Assembly (NCBI GenBank): GCA_042408955.1 | Contig: JBHOQQ010000046.1 | Location: forward strand, 725-64,724 | DNA from: Thermomicrobiales bacterium | Lineage (GTDB): Bacteria > Chloroflexota > Chloroflexia > Thermomicrobiales > UBA6265 | Direction: 5' to 3' | DNA: 64,000 nucleotides | Shown: positions 53,957 through 64,000 of the stretch, piece after piece | How positions within the stretch are numbered: the first letter of the stretch is position 1 | Layout of the letters: every line of letters begins with the position of its first letter | The notes under the pieces: model-generated | Seen by the model: only the letters and a program-made list of their open reading frames with translations | What the model was told of the DNA's origin: nothing | Database searches by the model: none | Program-made: the position numbers and the translations under genes

Positions 53957-54772
53957 TTAGTGATCCCAGGTTGGAACGCCCGGGCCGACCGCTCCGTTTC
54001 GGCAGTTCCGATCGTGCGCCTCGCGCATGACGTTGACGACGACGTCGGGATCATCGGTCACGGTCATGAGCGCTAGGTCTTGCGGATCAATCTTCCCTTC
54101 TCCGACAAGCTTCTCTTCGAGCCACGCCATCAGCCCGCGCCAGTACTCTGTGCCAAAGAGGACGACCGGGAAACCCGTAAGTTTGCCGGTCTGGATTAGG
54201 GTGAGCGCCTCAAAGAGCTCGTCTAGCGTCCCATACCCTCCCGGGAAGATGACGAATCCGACGGCATATTTCACGAACATCGTCTTGCGCACGAAGAAAT
54301 ACCGGAAGTTGAGCGCGAGGGTGACATACGGGTTCATTCCCTGCTCGCGTGGCAACTCGATGTTCGCTCCGATCGACAGCCCACCCGCCTCGTGTGCTCC
54401 GCGATTACATGCCTCCATGATCCCCGGGCCGCCACCCGTGATAATGGCAAAGCCCGTTTCTGCCAGACGCCGCGCGACCGTTCGCGCCGCGGCATACATC
54501 GGATCATCTTCCCCGACGCGCGCCGAACCAAACATGGTCACTGCTGGCCCCACCTCAGCCAGCGCATCGAAGCCCGCGACAAATTCCCCCATGATGCGCA
54601 GCACCCGCCAGGGATCGCTGTGCGTGAACGCAGCGGCGCGCTTGCGGTCCTCCTCAGTCCAGCACAGCAGCAGGGAATCCTCGGTCGGCTTGCCAAGGCG
54701 AGCCGCGCGACTGAGTGTCGGGTTCGGAATCATGGTTGTGCTTGCCGGTGATTCCGGCTCGCGCTGATTCAC
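53957..54772 (-). CDS. LOG family / TIGR00730 Rossmann-fold nucleotide-binding protein (cytokinin riboside 5'-monophosphate phosphoribohydrolase-like)
   Basis: GGGPGIMEA and PGGYGTLDELFE motifs. GTG 54772 lies 7 nt after GAGGAGG. Confidence 0.8.
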   Translation of the reverse strand: MNQREPESPASTTMIPNPTLSRAARLGKPTEDSLLLCWTEEDRKRAAAFTHSDPWRVLRIMGEFVAGFDALAEVGPAVTMFGSARVGEDDPMYAAARTVARRLAETGFAIITGGGPGIMEACNRGAHEAGGLSIGANIELPREQGMNPYVTLALNFRYFFVRKTMFVKYAVGFVIFPGGYGTLDELFEALTLIQTGKLTGFPVVLFGTEYWRGLMAWLEEKLVGEGKIDPQDLALMTVTDDPDVVVNVMREAHDRNCRNGAVGPGVPTWDH

Positions 54773-55022
54773 CAGTTCACCTCCTCTGTCTGCTCCCTCC
54801 CCGGTGCTTCCTCCGCACTCTTGTCGCTGTCAATCCTACGCGATGCCTCGATCCGAGGATTGCAAACGCCCTGCTCTGGACGCCCACGATTGTGGCAGGT
54901 TTTCCGTTGCTGCTCTGTAAGATATCTTCGTTGTGCATCGGGGCGAGTCATCGTGACGACGTAACTCGCGCCAGGGGCGAGCCGGCAAACACGCCGCAAA
55001 AATGTAAAGGCGACAAACGGGT

Positions 55023-55601
55023 ATGCGATTGGTTAGGTGCATGCCAATTCGGTCTCAGGTGGTCGGAAGGAGCCTCACCGCCTATGCCATGGCCATGTCA
55101 ATCCTCGCAGCAGCACTTACTGGATGCATGGCGCAAGGATCTCCCACACCGCGTGTGGCCGTCACAGCCTCGCCGACCATCGCTCAGACGGCACCATCGC
55201 CGAGCCCTGGTGCATCGCCGGCCGAAGTCAAGGTATTCGCCCAGAACCCCACAGTAGGCACGGTGATCTGGGCCGAGCGTATTGATCCCGTGACCTCCGC
55301 GCCGGGTCCGCGCGTCAGGTCTTTTGGCGCAGAAACGCGGACCATCTATGCCGTGTTGCCGGTAGCCAAACTTTCCCCTGGCACGGTTCTGCGGGCGGAC
55401 TGGGCCTACAACAACACCCCTCTCGAAGCTCTGACGCGCGCGGTCATCGTTCAAGAGCCGTACGCAGAAGGCTGGATCGCCTTTTCTCTTACGCGATCCG
55501 GGGAGACCCTGTGGCCGGCAGGCGAATATGCCATCACGGTCTCGGTCAATAATGAGATTGCACAGACAGCAACGATCGCCATTGGCGGGCCGGGCGCGTA
55601 A
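55023..55601 (+). CDS. Hypothetical lipoprotein
   Basis: Lipobox AAALTGC after a hydrophobic stretch, and a Pro/Ala/Ser linker. The start may instead be ATG 55089. Confidence 0.55.
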   Translation: MRLVRCMPIRSQVVGRSLTAYAMAMSILAAALTGCMAQGSPTPRVAVTASPTIAQTAPSPSPGASPAEVKVFAQNPTVGTVIWAERIDPVTSAPGPRVRSFGAETRTIYAVLPVAKLSPGTVLRADWAYNNTPLEALTRAVIVQEPYAEGWIAFSLTRSGETLWPAGEYAITVSVNNEIAQTATIAIGGPGA

Positions 55602-55869
55602 GACACCGCTCACGGCGAGCACCGCGCCTTAACCGCCAGCAGAGGGGCATCGCGCACCCGATCGCACCGGCTCTCACCAGAACCCCGGCCGACGTTGCAG
55701 CGAGCGGGTGAAGAATGCTACGCTATGTCGTGGAGTTGGAAGAAAGTTTCGCGTTGACAACCGAAGACGCCCAGCCGCGCACAGTCCAGGTCTTGAGATT
55801 TCTGCTCACGACCGACGACGCGGGGAAGGGGCGGTGACCCAAACCGCCACGAGCTGGCCGAGGCTGACG

Positions 55870-56319
55870 ATGCATCGATCAACCCAGTCCAAATGCTCTG
55901 GAGATCAATCGAATCCTCCTGGTTGCCAGGGACGAACCGAGCTTGCCGACGGGGAGCCGCCCAGTCCGGCCGAGAACCGCACAGAGGCGCAGGACCCGAC
56001 AGTTCAGCCACGAACACCCTTCGTTTGGCAATTTGGCCAGCGCTTACTGATTCTCGACGAAGAATTCCCCAATTGGGTCATGGCTGAATTCCGCTTCGAC
56101 AGTGAGCGCTGCCGCTATCTCGAAATTCGCAGGGCAACCTATCACTGGGCACGTGAAGCCATTGGCGTCGTCTTGAGCAGGGCATTCGCCTCAGGCGAAG
56201 ACGCGGCCGAGGATGCGGCCCGCAGCCTTAATGCCTGGCTGACGAAACGATTCAGCATTCCCACCCCCGCGGCACCCAGCTCGCCCCAAGAGCCGAAACC
56301 CGCTGATCCCAATCCGTAA
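55870..56319 (+). CDS. Hypothetical protein (start poorly defined)
   Basis: Only the C-terminal two thirds looks coding (..FVWQFGQRLLILDEEFPNWVMAEFRFDSERCRYLEIRRATYHWAREAIG..). No family recognised. Confidence 0.35.
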   Translation: MHRSTQSKCSGDQSNPPGCQGRTELADGEPPSPAENRTEAQDPTVQPRTPFVWQFGQRLLILDEEFPNWVMAEFRFDSERCRYLEIRRATYHWAREAIGVVLSRAFASGEDAAEDAARSLNAWLTKRFSIPTPAAPSSPQEPKPADPNP

Positions 56320-56492
56320 AACTCCTTGCGCCCGGCGCGACGATGCGCTGATGCCCCGGTTCCGAGCGCGATGCGGCGCTCGCCCTGATCTTCATCCAAC
56401 CCAGAGTACGGGTGTGCTCAACAGCGGGGCTCGCGAGTCGCTTGCGCTGGAGCCGCTTCGTCCCGGCGCTGCCATTCCACAGGCGCACAAGC

Positions 56493-58220
56493 TCACGTGC
56501 GGCCGGTGAGGTACGACGTCTCGCCGGAGGCACGAAAGTCCTTGACTTCGACATTCAGCCGCACGTCGCCATTCCAGCGATCGACCGACAGCGAGACGGC
56601 AAGGTCAAGCATCCCGTCACGCTGCAGCTCAGCGGCACGATCGGCAGCACCAAAGAAGATGGCCGGCACGGTCTGCCGCGGGCCGGCGAGCATAAGGCGG
56701 AGGTGCTCCTGATTCTGCCCAACGCACTGCCACTCGCGCACCTGCACGCGTCGCAGGCGCAAGACTGGTGGCTCATTTCCGGCACCAAACGGCTGCAACT
56801 GATCAATGAGCTTGGCCGACTCAAGCGTCAGTCGCTCCAGGGGTAAATCGCTCTCAATCTGGAGGCACGGCTCCAATGGGACCGTGAGCCCCTGATCCGC
56901 CAAATACCTTTCGAGCGCTTCCCCCAAAGCTGGGATCTTGGTAAGAGGCACCGTCAAGCCAGCAGCCTGGCGATGACCACCCCAACCACTTAGCAACGCC
57001 TGGCAACGTTCCAGCGCTTCGACGATGTTTACGCCTGGCACAGACCGTGCCGAGCCCCTCGCTACTTCCCCATCAGTGGTCAGCACCACGACCGGTCGCC
57101 CAAATTCGTCGACCAAGCGGCTGGCAGCAGGTCCCAATACGCCAGCAGGCCAGGCCGGCATGCAGGCAACGAGGACACGCCGCTCTTCCCAACCAGGCTC
57201 AGCCGTAATCAGGCCGATCGCCTCTTCAACGACGGCCTGGGAACGCAGACGTCGCTCGCTGTTGAACTCCTCGATCTCGCGCACGATCTGATTTGCGGTG
57301 GCCGGATCGTCAGCCAACAACAGGTCAAGTGCCCGGTGAGGATCGGCCACCCTCCCGGCGGCATTGAGGCGCGGCACAAGCCGGAATGCTACCTGCGTCG
57401 AAGTAAGATGCGCTGGGTCGACGTTGGCGGCCCGGCACAGCGCAGCTAGTCCCGGACGTGCTCCCGACCGGATGCGCTGTAAACCGTGTCGCACGAGCAA
57501 CCGGTTGACACCGGTGAGCGGCGCAATATCCGCAATGGTGCCGAGCACCACGAGATCGAGCAGCCCCGTTTCCGGCTCGCCGTTCCGGCCACCGACCGGA
57601 TGGCCTTCCTGCGCGAGCGCGCTGACCAGGAGATACGCGACTCCCACCGCCGATAGTTCACGGTAGCGCCCGTCTGGCACGAGGTAGGCTGAGACGATGA
57701 TGGCGCCGTCAGGCGCACGGTCGCCAATGTGATGATGATCGAGTACGACGACATCCAGCCCTTGGGAGCGAGCGATCTCGATGTTTGGCGCATCCGTGCT
57801 TCCACAATCCACGGCGATCAACAGGGTAACACCCGCAGCGACAAACTCCTCAATGGCGCGAGCGTTGAGGCCGTATCCATCTGACCGCGCTGGCAAGCGG
57901 AGCACGAGGTGATCGGGTGACGGGAGCACCGCCCTGAGCGCTCGTGCGAGCAACGCAGTGGCCGTGATGCCATCAGTGTCATAGTCACCGAAGATGGCAA
58001 TCCGCTCTTTGCCGGCTATTGCGCTCTGGATCCGGCGAACTGCCTGTTCGAGGTTCGGCAGCAGCCAGGGATTCGGAGCCGGTCGCGGCGCCGCGTCGAG
58101 AAACTCCCTCGCCTCCTGACGATTGCGAATGTTTCGCCGGTACAGAAGCTCATTGAGCAGGGGATCATCGTGCAGCGTTGGCAAGGTAGCTGGAAGCGGC
58201 TCAGGCTCGATCCAGCGCAT
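56493..58220 (-). CDS. recJ: Single-stranded-DNA-specific exonuclease RecJ
   Basis: DHH motifs IAIFGDYDTDGITATALL, DCG and VVVLDHHH, plus DHHA1 GGHRQAAG. ATG 58220 lies 6 nt after GGGTGAGG. The longer track ORF overlaps the divergent gene's upstream region. Confidence 0.88.
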   Translation of the reverse strand: MRWIEPEPLPATLPTLHDDPLLNELLYRRNIRNRQEAREFLDAAPRPAPNPWLLPNLEQAVRRIQSAIAGKERIAIFGDYDTDGITATALLARALRAVLPSPDHLVLRLPARSDGYGLNARAIEEFVAAGVTLLIAVDCGSTDAPNIEIARSQGLDVVVLDHHHIGDRAPDGAIIVSAYLVPDGRYRELSAVGVAYLLVSALAQEGHPVGGRNGEPETGLLDLVVLGTIADIAPLTGVNRLLVRHGLQRIRSGARPGLAALCRAANVDPAHLTSTQVAFRLVPRLNAAGRVADPHRALDLLLADDPATANQIVREIEEFNSERRLRSQAVVEEAIGLITAEPGWEERRVLVACMPAWPAGVLGPAASRLVDEFGRPVVVLTTDGEVARGSARSVPGVNIVEALERCQALLSGWGGHRQAAGLTVPLTKIPALGEALERYLADQGLTVPLEPCLQIESDLPLERLTLESAKLIDQLQPFGAGNEPPVLRLRRVQVREWQCVGQNQEHLRLMLAGPRQTVPAIFFGAADRAAELQRDGMLDLAVSLSVDRWNGDVRLNVEVKDFRASGETSYLTGRT

Positions 58221-58450
58221 CGGTCGCCTCACCCGCTGGCTTGTGTTTTGCTGAACGTACGCCATGGCCAGATGGTACCAGTGCCGGCCGGTCTGAGCAA
58301 TGCGCGATACCTCCATCAGTCTGGTATAGTGGCTGCGATACCCCGCCGAGTGAAAGTACGGCCCCGCTGATAAGGTCAGGCGTCGTGCTGGGGGAGCGCT
58401 GCGTCGCTTACCAGGGTGAACGACGTGGCGTGAGAGGGGGAATAACGTAC

Positions 58451-59620
58451 ATGGGGCTTTGGGACCGAGGGCGTGGTCCGGCAATCTGGTTGTGCTGGCT
58501 GATGGCCATAGTCATCGTACCGGCCGTTCTGCTCGCCAGCGCGGCGCCGTCCAACGCTGCCCAACCCTGGGCTCCGCCCACGCGAGTTTGGGTCGAGGCT
58601 TCCGGACATATCGTTGATGGCTTTTTCCTCGACAACTGGAGAGCGCACAACGACCTTTTCGGGTTGCCCATCACGGAAGAATTCGAGCAAGAGGTCTCGC
58701 TCGGCGTTGGAAAGCCCGTCAAACGCATCGTCCAGTATTTCGAAAACCTAGCCATCGCCTATGTGCCCGATGACTCCCGGCAGGACTGGCAAGTCCAGGC
58801 GCTATCCCTCGGTCGCGAAGCAATGACTGCGGATGCCGCCAAGTTGCGCCGGCTGAAACTCCCGAAGGTAGGTACCTGCGGCGAGCTTGGGCCGGAGGAA
58901 TGCATCGCCTTCACGCAGACGAAGCACACGCTCCGGCATGGATTCAAAATATTCTGGGAAGCGCACAACGGCGCCCGCCTGATTGGTCTGCCACTCACGG
59001 AAGAATTCATCGATCGCGATGGCTGGACAACGCAGTATTTCGAGCACGCTGTGCTGCGCTGGAAGAAAGAAAAGCCGGTGACCGCCAGCGCGATCGGCCG
59101 CGAAGCAGCCAAACGGTTGAAGCTTCCCACTGCACCGAAACCCCGGCCGGATGGCATTCCCATCTACGACGAAGCGTTGTTTTCTCCGCCGCTAGGGGTA
59201 GGGGGCTATAACCTGGGCCCCGGTCCTGGCCCTCAGCAGGGCGGTTACAAGGAGATCGTGGTCTCGATCTCAGCCCAAGCGATGTGGGCGTACGAAGGGG
59301 GTCGAGTGGTTGCATCGAGCCTGGTTAGCACTGGCGTGGGCGACGTGCCTGAGACGGTCACGCCAACCGGGTATTTCCAGATCTGGCTTAAGTACGACAC
59401 ACAGACCATGGAAGGCACGATCAGCGACGAGTACTACCGGGTCGAGAACGTCCCGTGGGTGATGTATTTTGACTACGCGGGCAACGCCCTGCACGGCACC
59501 TACTGGCATAACAACTTCGGCACGCCGATGAGCCACGGCTGTGTAAACCTGCCGTTGGATGTCGCCGAGTTTCTGTACCAGTGGGCGCCAGAGGGGACAT
59601 TGGTATCAATTATTCCGTAG
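58451..59620 (+). CDS. L,D-transpeptidase (YkuD domain) with N-terminal signal anchor and repeat domains
   Basis: C-terminal YkuD catalytic motif GTPMSHGCVNLP. TM helix IWLCWLMAIVIVPAVLLASAA. ATG 58451 follows GAGAGGGGGA. Confidence 0.8.
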   Translation: MGLWDRGRGPAIWLCWLMAIVIVPAVLLASAAPSNAAQPWAPPTRVWVEASGHIVDGFFLDNWRAHNDLFGLPITEEFEQEVSLGVGKPVKRIVQYFENLAIAYVPDDSRQDWQVQALSLGREAMTADAAKLRRLKLPKVGTCGELGPEECIAFTQTKHTLRHGFKIFWEAHNGARLIGLPLTEEFIDRDGWTTQYFEHAVLRWKKEKPVTASAIGREAAKRLKLPTAPKPRPDGIPIYDEALFSPPLGVGGYNLGPGPGPQQGGYKEIVVSISAQAMWAYEGGRVVASSLVSTGVGDVPETVTPTGYFQIWLKYDTQTMEGTISDEYYRVENVPWVMYFDYAGNALHGTYWHNNFGTPMSHGCVNLPLDVAEFLYQWAPEGTLVSIIP

Positions 59621-59677
59621 GTAATCGCGATAACCGTCCTTTGCAATCGCCGTCCAGCATCGCCTTAGAGGTGCACG

Positions 59678-60166
59678 ATGGCCACGCACGACGTTTTTAC
59701 TCCCGCCGAATGGACACTGCTGGCTGAGCTTCCGATCAGGGTGATCGCGGCTGCCGTCGCGGCGGAACCGGCTGGCGAATTCGGCACGATCAAGGAACTC
59801 GTCGCCGGCCTGACAAGCTTGTCTTCTGGAGCCATGGTCAGCCGGGAGAATGCTTTGATTCAGGTGGTTTTCGATATCTATAAGCATGAGGGGAAAGGTG
59901 AGCAACGCACGCTTGAATTGAGCGATCAGGCAGGCGATCAGATCATTCCCGATACCCTCGAACGATGCCGGCAGGCATCCGAAATCCTCGCTCGCGCCGC
60001 AGACCCAGACGATGCAGAAGACTTCAAGCGGTGGCTCTACCGGATCGCCGAAGAGGTGGTCGCCGCCTCCAGCAGTGGCGGGTTTCTCGGCCTCGGCGGG
60101 CAGCGCATCACCGACGCCGAGCACGCATTCCTCGATCGGCTCGCCGAAGCGCTAGGTCTGCGATAA
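59678..60166 (+). CDS. Hypothetical helical protein (possibly TerB-like)
   Basis: 162 aa with coding-like composition, ATG start, and no competing better ORF until the next gene's real start at 60259. Confidence 0.5.
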   Translation: MATHDVFTPAEWTLLAELPIRVIAAAVAAEPAGEFGTIKELVAGLTSLSSGAMVSRENALIQVVFDIYKHEGKGEQRTLELSDQAGDQIIPDTLERCRQASEILARAADPDDAEDFKRWLYRIAEEVVAASSSGGFLGLGGQRITDAEHAFLDRLAEALGLR

Positions 60167-60258
60167 TACTCCCTCGCCAACCGATGCATCATCCATCGCA
60201 CGGTCTAGAACAAGCAGCGAAGGGGCTTGATGGCCTTTGGGGAGTCGAGTTGCGCGCA

Positions 60259-61866
60259 ATGAATACCGAATCACCGATCAGCGAGCAGAAGCCCTCGGAG
60301 CAGAAGTATGACGCCATCGTCATTGGCTCGGGCCACAACGGCCTGATCGCCGCCGGCTATCTCGCAAAGCACGGCAAGCGCGTGCTGGTGCTCGAACGGC
60401 GCGACGTCATCGGCGGCGCCACGGTGACCGAGGAATTCTGGCCCGGATATCACTTATCAACGTGCTCCTATGTCTGCAGCCTGTTGTTGCCAGAAGTAGT
60501 GCATGATCTTGAGCTCAAGCGCCACGGCTACCACGTCCGGCCGTTCGAGCCGACCTATTTCTGCCCCTTCCCCGACGGCCGCTATTTGATGACCTTCCTC
60601 GACGGCGAGCGGACGCGCGCGGAGATCGCCAAGTTCTCGAAAAACGACGCCCGCGCTTACGGTGCCTACTGGGAGATGTGGGACCGCATCGTTGCTCGCA
60701 TGCGCCCGCTGATGCTCCGCCCCGCTCCCTCCTGGGACGACATTGCACGCGCGTTCTCCGGGCCACAAGGGCTGGACGACTGGCGCACGCTGACGATGGC
60801 GAGCATCGCCGAGGTGCTCGACCGCTTCTTTGAGTCAGAAGAAATCAAGGCGCCGCTCTGCACCGGTGGCGTGATCGGCGTCAACGCCGGCCCCCGCACG
60901 CCGGGCACCGCTTATGTCAAATTCCATCACCTAATCGGGAACCTCAATGGGCACCAGGGAGCCTGGGGCTTTGTCAAAGGTGGCATGGGTTCGATTGCTA
61001 AGGCGCTCGCCTCATTCGGACGCGAGCATGGCGTCGAAATCATCACCAGCGCCGAGGTTGCCGAGATTGACATCCACCATGGCAAGGCACGTGGCGTCCG
61101 GCTGCTGGACGGCCGCCGCTTCGAGGCTGGTGTCATCTTGTCCAATGCCGATCCACACCGGACCTTCCTCGGCATGGTCGGGGAGCGCCATCTCCCGTCG
61201 GACTTCGTCGAGGGCATCAAGCGGCTGAAGGTCAAAGGTTCAGTGGTCAAGGTTCTGCTCGCGCTTGGCGAATTGCCGAACTTCACGTGCTATCCGGGCA
61301 CTGAGGTAGGACCGCAGCACACCGGCGGCATCACTATCAACCCGTCGGTGGATTACCTGGAGCGTGCCTGGGATGACTGCAAACGCGGTCACCCCTCTCG
61401 CCGTCCCTTCATGGACTGCTACATCCAAACGGCGACGGAGGACGGTCTGGCCCCGGCCGGCAAGCACACGCTGAGCATGTTCGTCCAATATGCGCCGTAC
61501 GATCTCGCCGAGGGGACGTGGAAAGAGCGGCGCGACGAGATCGGGAAGACCATCATCGAGACCTTCGCTCAATACGCGCCGAACCTGCCCAGCGCGATCG
61601 AGCACATGGAGGTGCTCGGACCACCAGACATCGAACGGATCATCGGCATCACTGGTGGCAACATCTTCCACGGCGAGATCATGCCGGATCAAATGTTCGG
61701 CTTCCGTCCCGTCCCCGGTTACGCCGACTACCGCACCCCGGTCGAAGGCTTGTACCTCTGCGGGAGTGGCGCCTGGCCTGGTGGCGCCGTCTTTGGCGCT
61801 CCCGGCCGTAATTGTGCGCTTGAAGTGCTCCGCGACCTGGGCGGCGACGTTCCCAATCTCGCATAA
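60259..61866 (+). CDS. FAD/NAD(P)-dependent oxidoreductase of the phytoene desaturase (CrtI/COG1233) family
   Basis: KYDAIVIGSGHNGLIAAGYLAKHGKRVLVLERRDVIGGA dinucleotide-binding motif, and the C-terminal GLYLCGSGAWPGGAVFGAPG motif. Confidence 0.8.
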   Translation: MNTESPISEQKPSEQKYDAIVIGSGHNGLIAAGYLAKHGKRVLVLERRDVIGGATVTEEFWPGYHLSTCSYVCSLLLPEVVHDLELKRHGYHVRPFEPTYFCPFPDGRYLMTFLDGERTRAEIAKFSKNDARAYGAYWEMWDRIVARMRPLMLRPAPSWDDIARAFSGPQGLDDWRTLTMASIAEVLDRFFESEEIKAPLCTGGVIGVNAGPRTPGTAYVKFHHLIGNLNGHQGAWGFVKGGMGSIAKALASFGREHGVEIITSAEVAEIDIHHGKARGVRLLDGRRFEAGVILSNADPHRTFLGMVGERHLPSDFVEGIKRLKVKGSVVKVLLALGELPNFTCYPGTEVGPQHTGGITINPSVDYLERAWDDCKRGHPSRRPFMDCYIQTATEDGLAPAGKHTLSMFVQYAPYDLAEGTWKERRDEIGKTIIETFAQYAPNLPSAIEHMEVLGPPDIERIIGITGGNIFHGEIMPDQMFGFRPVPGYADYRTPVEGLYLCGSGAWPGGAVFGAPGRNCALEVLRDLGGDVPNLA

Positions 61867-62239
61867 CCCGGAGGATTGCTGGATGACGAGACCGCCTCAG
61901 CGGGTCGTCGCCCTCGTACGGGAAGCGCTCTGAGTGATCGGCTCCATGATCTCGCGGAAATTGTCGGGAACCACCTAAGCCGGACCAGCCGAAGCCAGCT
62001 TACCTCCCAGGTGACCTCTCGGATCCTATCGTTGGGTCGTTGATGGCGCGGGCCTTAGGCCCTGCTCTCTCCTATCGGGACAAGGCTCACGCAGCGAAGT
62101 CCCCCCAAAGGGCCTGAGACGATACGACACCCGACACTACCGAGTCGGCTTCGGCTGGGTTGCTGGCTCAGCACGGGGACTGCCCAGCGCGAGACGCGGC
62201 AACGCCCAGGACCGTGACGATCGAGGCTGGCTGTGTCGT

Positions 62240-64000
62240 TCAGGACGGACTGGTGGGCGCGGCCTGCGCCGCGGCGATCGCGTCGCTCGGGATCGCCTTC
62301 GATGGCCGCGACGTGATCGCCCGCACCGCCGCCGGATCGAACTTCGGCACCCGCTCGGCGGTGAGCAGGCCATTGCGTTCCTGCTCGGTGTCTGTCAGTT
62401 GCGTGTAGCAAAATCCCGCAATCGTCGGGCAGTCGAGCACCGCGCCAACAAGATCAGCGTAGCGCGCGAGAAACGCATCCTTCCCGCGAACGGTGCCGTA
62501 TCCGAACGCGCCCTCTCCCGCCTCATCGGCGTCGAGGATTCCACCAAACTCGGTCAGCATGACCGGCTGTCCCCGGTGTCGAAAGCCTGGGAGAACGATG
62601 GGATGGGGTCCAGGCTGCACGTCCTGCAGGGTCCGCTCCACGGCTTCAGCAGAGCCGTAGCGCTCCCGCAGCACGTTTCCCTCGGCGGCGTAGTCGTGGA
62701 TGCCAAGGATGTCGGTGACAAGGTGCTCCCAGCCGTCGTTGGCAACGACGGGCCGCGTCGGGTCGAGCGTTTTTGTCAGCCAGTAGAGACTTTGGACGAA
62801 CGCCTGCTGCGCTGGGTCGCGCGCAACATTGGGCACGCCCCAGCTTTCGTTGATCGGAACCCAGGCGACGATGCATGGATGACTGAAGTCGCGGCGCAGC
62901 ACGGCGATCCACTCGTTGATCAGCCGTTCAGCCGCGGCCGGCGTGAAGACGTAGGCGTTGGCCATCTCGCCCCAGACGAGCAGTCCCAGCCGGTCGCACC
63001 AAGCGAGAAAGCGCGGATCTTCAACCTTCTGATGGATGCGAACGCCGTTGAAGCCGAGCTCCTTTGCCAGCTCTACTTCGCGCCGGAGCGCCTGCTCAGA
63101 GGGCGCGGCCAGGTGTGATTCCGGCCAGTAGCCCTGCTCCAGGGCAAACCGCAGATAATACGGCCGGCCATTCAGGAGAAAGCGGCCGTCCGCCACGCCG
63201 ACGCTGCGCAGCCCAGCGTAACTGCGAACCGCGTCGATTACCCGATCCTCATCGAGCAGCATAAGCTCCGCCTCGACGAGGTTCGGGTGCCGTGGCGACC
63301 AGAGCCAGCGGTCGCGGTCCATCAGCAGAGCGGCTGCATCGAGCCCAATTGCCACGCTGGTTTCGATACCCCCCACGCGACTCGCCACTTCGGCGATTGG
63401 CGCTCCGTGCAGCGACAACCGGGTCTGTAGACGCAGCGGCTTTGGTGGCGGAGCATCGAGGCGCACGTCGAGACGAAGCTGTGCGCGGTCAAGGTCGGGC
63501 GTCCAATGAAGCTCAGCGATGAACGTCGCAGGGAGAGGTTCGAGCCAGACCGGCTGCCAGATGCCAGTCGTGCGGTGGTACCAGATGCGATGTGGTACCG
63601 GCTGCCAGTCCTGCTTGCCGCGTGGCTGCGCCAGATCATCCGGCCAGTCTTCTACCCGCACGACGACCACGTGCTCATCACCGCCATGCGCTAGAGCGCT
63701 GGTGATGTCGGCCGAGAAGGGCGTGTGGCCGCCTTCATGCGCAGTGACGAGACGTCCATTCACCCACACCTGAGCACGGTAATCGACCGCGCCAAAATGC
63801 AGCCAGAGCCGCTCCTCGCGATCCTGACGGACCTCAGGGAAAGCACGCTGGTACCAGACGACGTGATGGGGCGAGGGATCGCCGATCCCGCTGGCCCGCG
63901 ACTCCGGGGGAAACGGCACGCGGATCGCGCGGTCAAACACATCGGTGCGTTCGTGCCAGCGTTGGCTCAGGCCGATGTTGGCGTCATCGAAGGCAAACTG
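62240..64000 (-). CDS. Glycoside hydrolase family 2 protein (5' end beyond the window)
   Basis: GH2 sugar-binding, Ig-like and TIM-barrel regions (FNGVRIHQK, NHPCIVAWVPINESWG, LTEFGG). The reading frame stays open upstream of the track's GTG 63940 to base 64000 (..QFAFDDANIGLSQRWHERTDVFDRAI..). Confidence 0.8.
   Translation of the reverse strand, partial: QFAFDDANIGLSQRWHERTDVFDRAIRVPFPPESRASGIGDPSPHHVVWYQRAFPEVRQDREERLWLHFGAVDYRAQVWVNGRLVTAHEGGHTPFSADITSALAHGGDEHVVVVRVEDWPDDLAQPRGKQDWQPVPHRIWYHRTTGIWQPVWLEPLPATFIAELHWTPDLDRAQLRLDVRLDAPPPKPLRLQTRLSLHGAPIAEVASRVGGIETSVAIGLDAAALLMDRDRWLWSPRHPNLVEAELMLLDEDRVIDAVRSYAGLRSVGVADGRFLLNGRPYYLRFALEQGYWPESHLAAPSEQALRREVELAKELGFNGVRIHQKVEDPRFLAWCDRLGLLVWGEMANAYVFTPAAAERLINEWIAVLRRDFSHPCIVAWVPINESWGVPNVARDPAQQAFVQSLYWLTKTLDPTRPVVANDGWEHLVTDILGIHDYAAEGNVLRERYGSAEAVERTLQDVQPGPHPIVLPGFRHRGQPVMLTEFGGILDADEAGEGAFGYGTVRGKDAFLARYADLVGAVLDCPTIAGFCYTQLTDTEQERNGLLTAERVPKFDPAAVRAITSRPSKAIPSDAIAAAQAAPTSPS

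Noticed and set aside
54027-54767. 246-aa plus-strand ORF opposite the LOG-family gene
   Set aside because: Ser/Pro/Arg-rich translation, antisense to a gene with the PGGxGTxxE motif and an excellent RBS.
61867-62239. tRNA or small RNA in the 370-bp convergent intergenic region
   Set aside because: No acceptor-stem or T-loop (GTTCRANYC) pattern was found by eye. Only weak hairpins such as GGGCC-tta-GGCCC are present. It is left unannotated.
62399-63118. 239-aa plus-strand ORF opposite the GH2 gene
   Set aside because: Shadow ORF. The minus frame has the GH2 NESWG/TEFGG motifs.

Overview
High-GC (roughly 63-65%), gene-dense bacterial chromosomal window. It has strong GGAGG-type ribosome binding sites, many 4-nt start/stop overlaps and Pro/Thr-rich linkers. 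The source is probably Chloroflexota/Thermomicrobia-like, but that is inference only. I support about 60 protein-coding genes and found no rRNA, tRNA, CRISPR array or obvious mobile element. Most of the content is housekeeping: moaA, prfB with its programmed +1 frameshift, lon, recJ, murI, parB, dcd, UDP-xylose synthase, transporters and redox proteins. The main accessory block is a compact nitrous-oxide reductase cluster on the minus strand at 30.2-37.4 kb, ordered nosZ, 4-TM nosB-like gene, nosD, nosF, nosY, nosL, lipoprotein cytochrome c. nosZ is bracketed by intrinsic terminators. No nosR, nosX or nosGH is present in the window. A frameshifted solute-binding-protein gene and a putative type-1 copper (cupredoxin) protein lie just upstream. 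The second candidate for new biology is a tight three-gene operon at 6.2-9.7 kb: a cyanophycin-synthetase-like N+M-domain (Mur-type) amide ligase without the ATP-grasp domain, a PIG-L deacetylase and a galactokinase-like GHMP kinase. Smaller oddities are also listed. They include an MFS gene translationally coupled to two unknown genes, a dense G-tract spacer between two ABC genes, and an S9 peptidase homologue lacking its Ser and His. There is also a 0.9-kb gene-poor region with short repeats and a mini-ORF, direct repeats in a divergent promoter, and two apparent frameshifted genes. All functional calls come from reading motifs in the translations; no database search was run. Start codons are often uncertain because the ORF track takes the first ATG/GTG/TTG.
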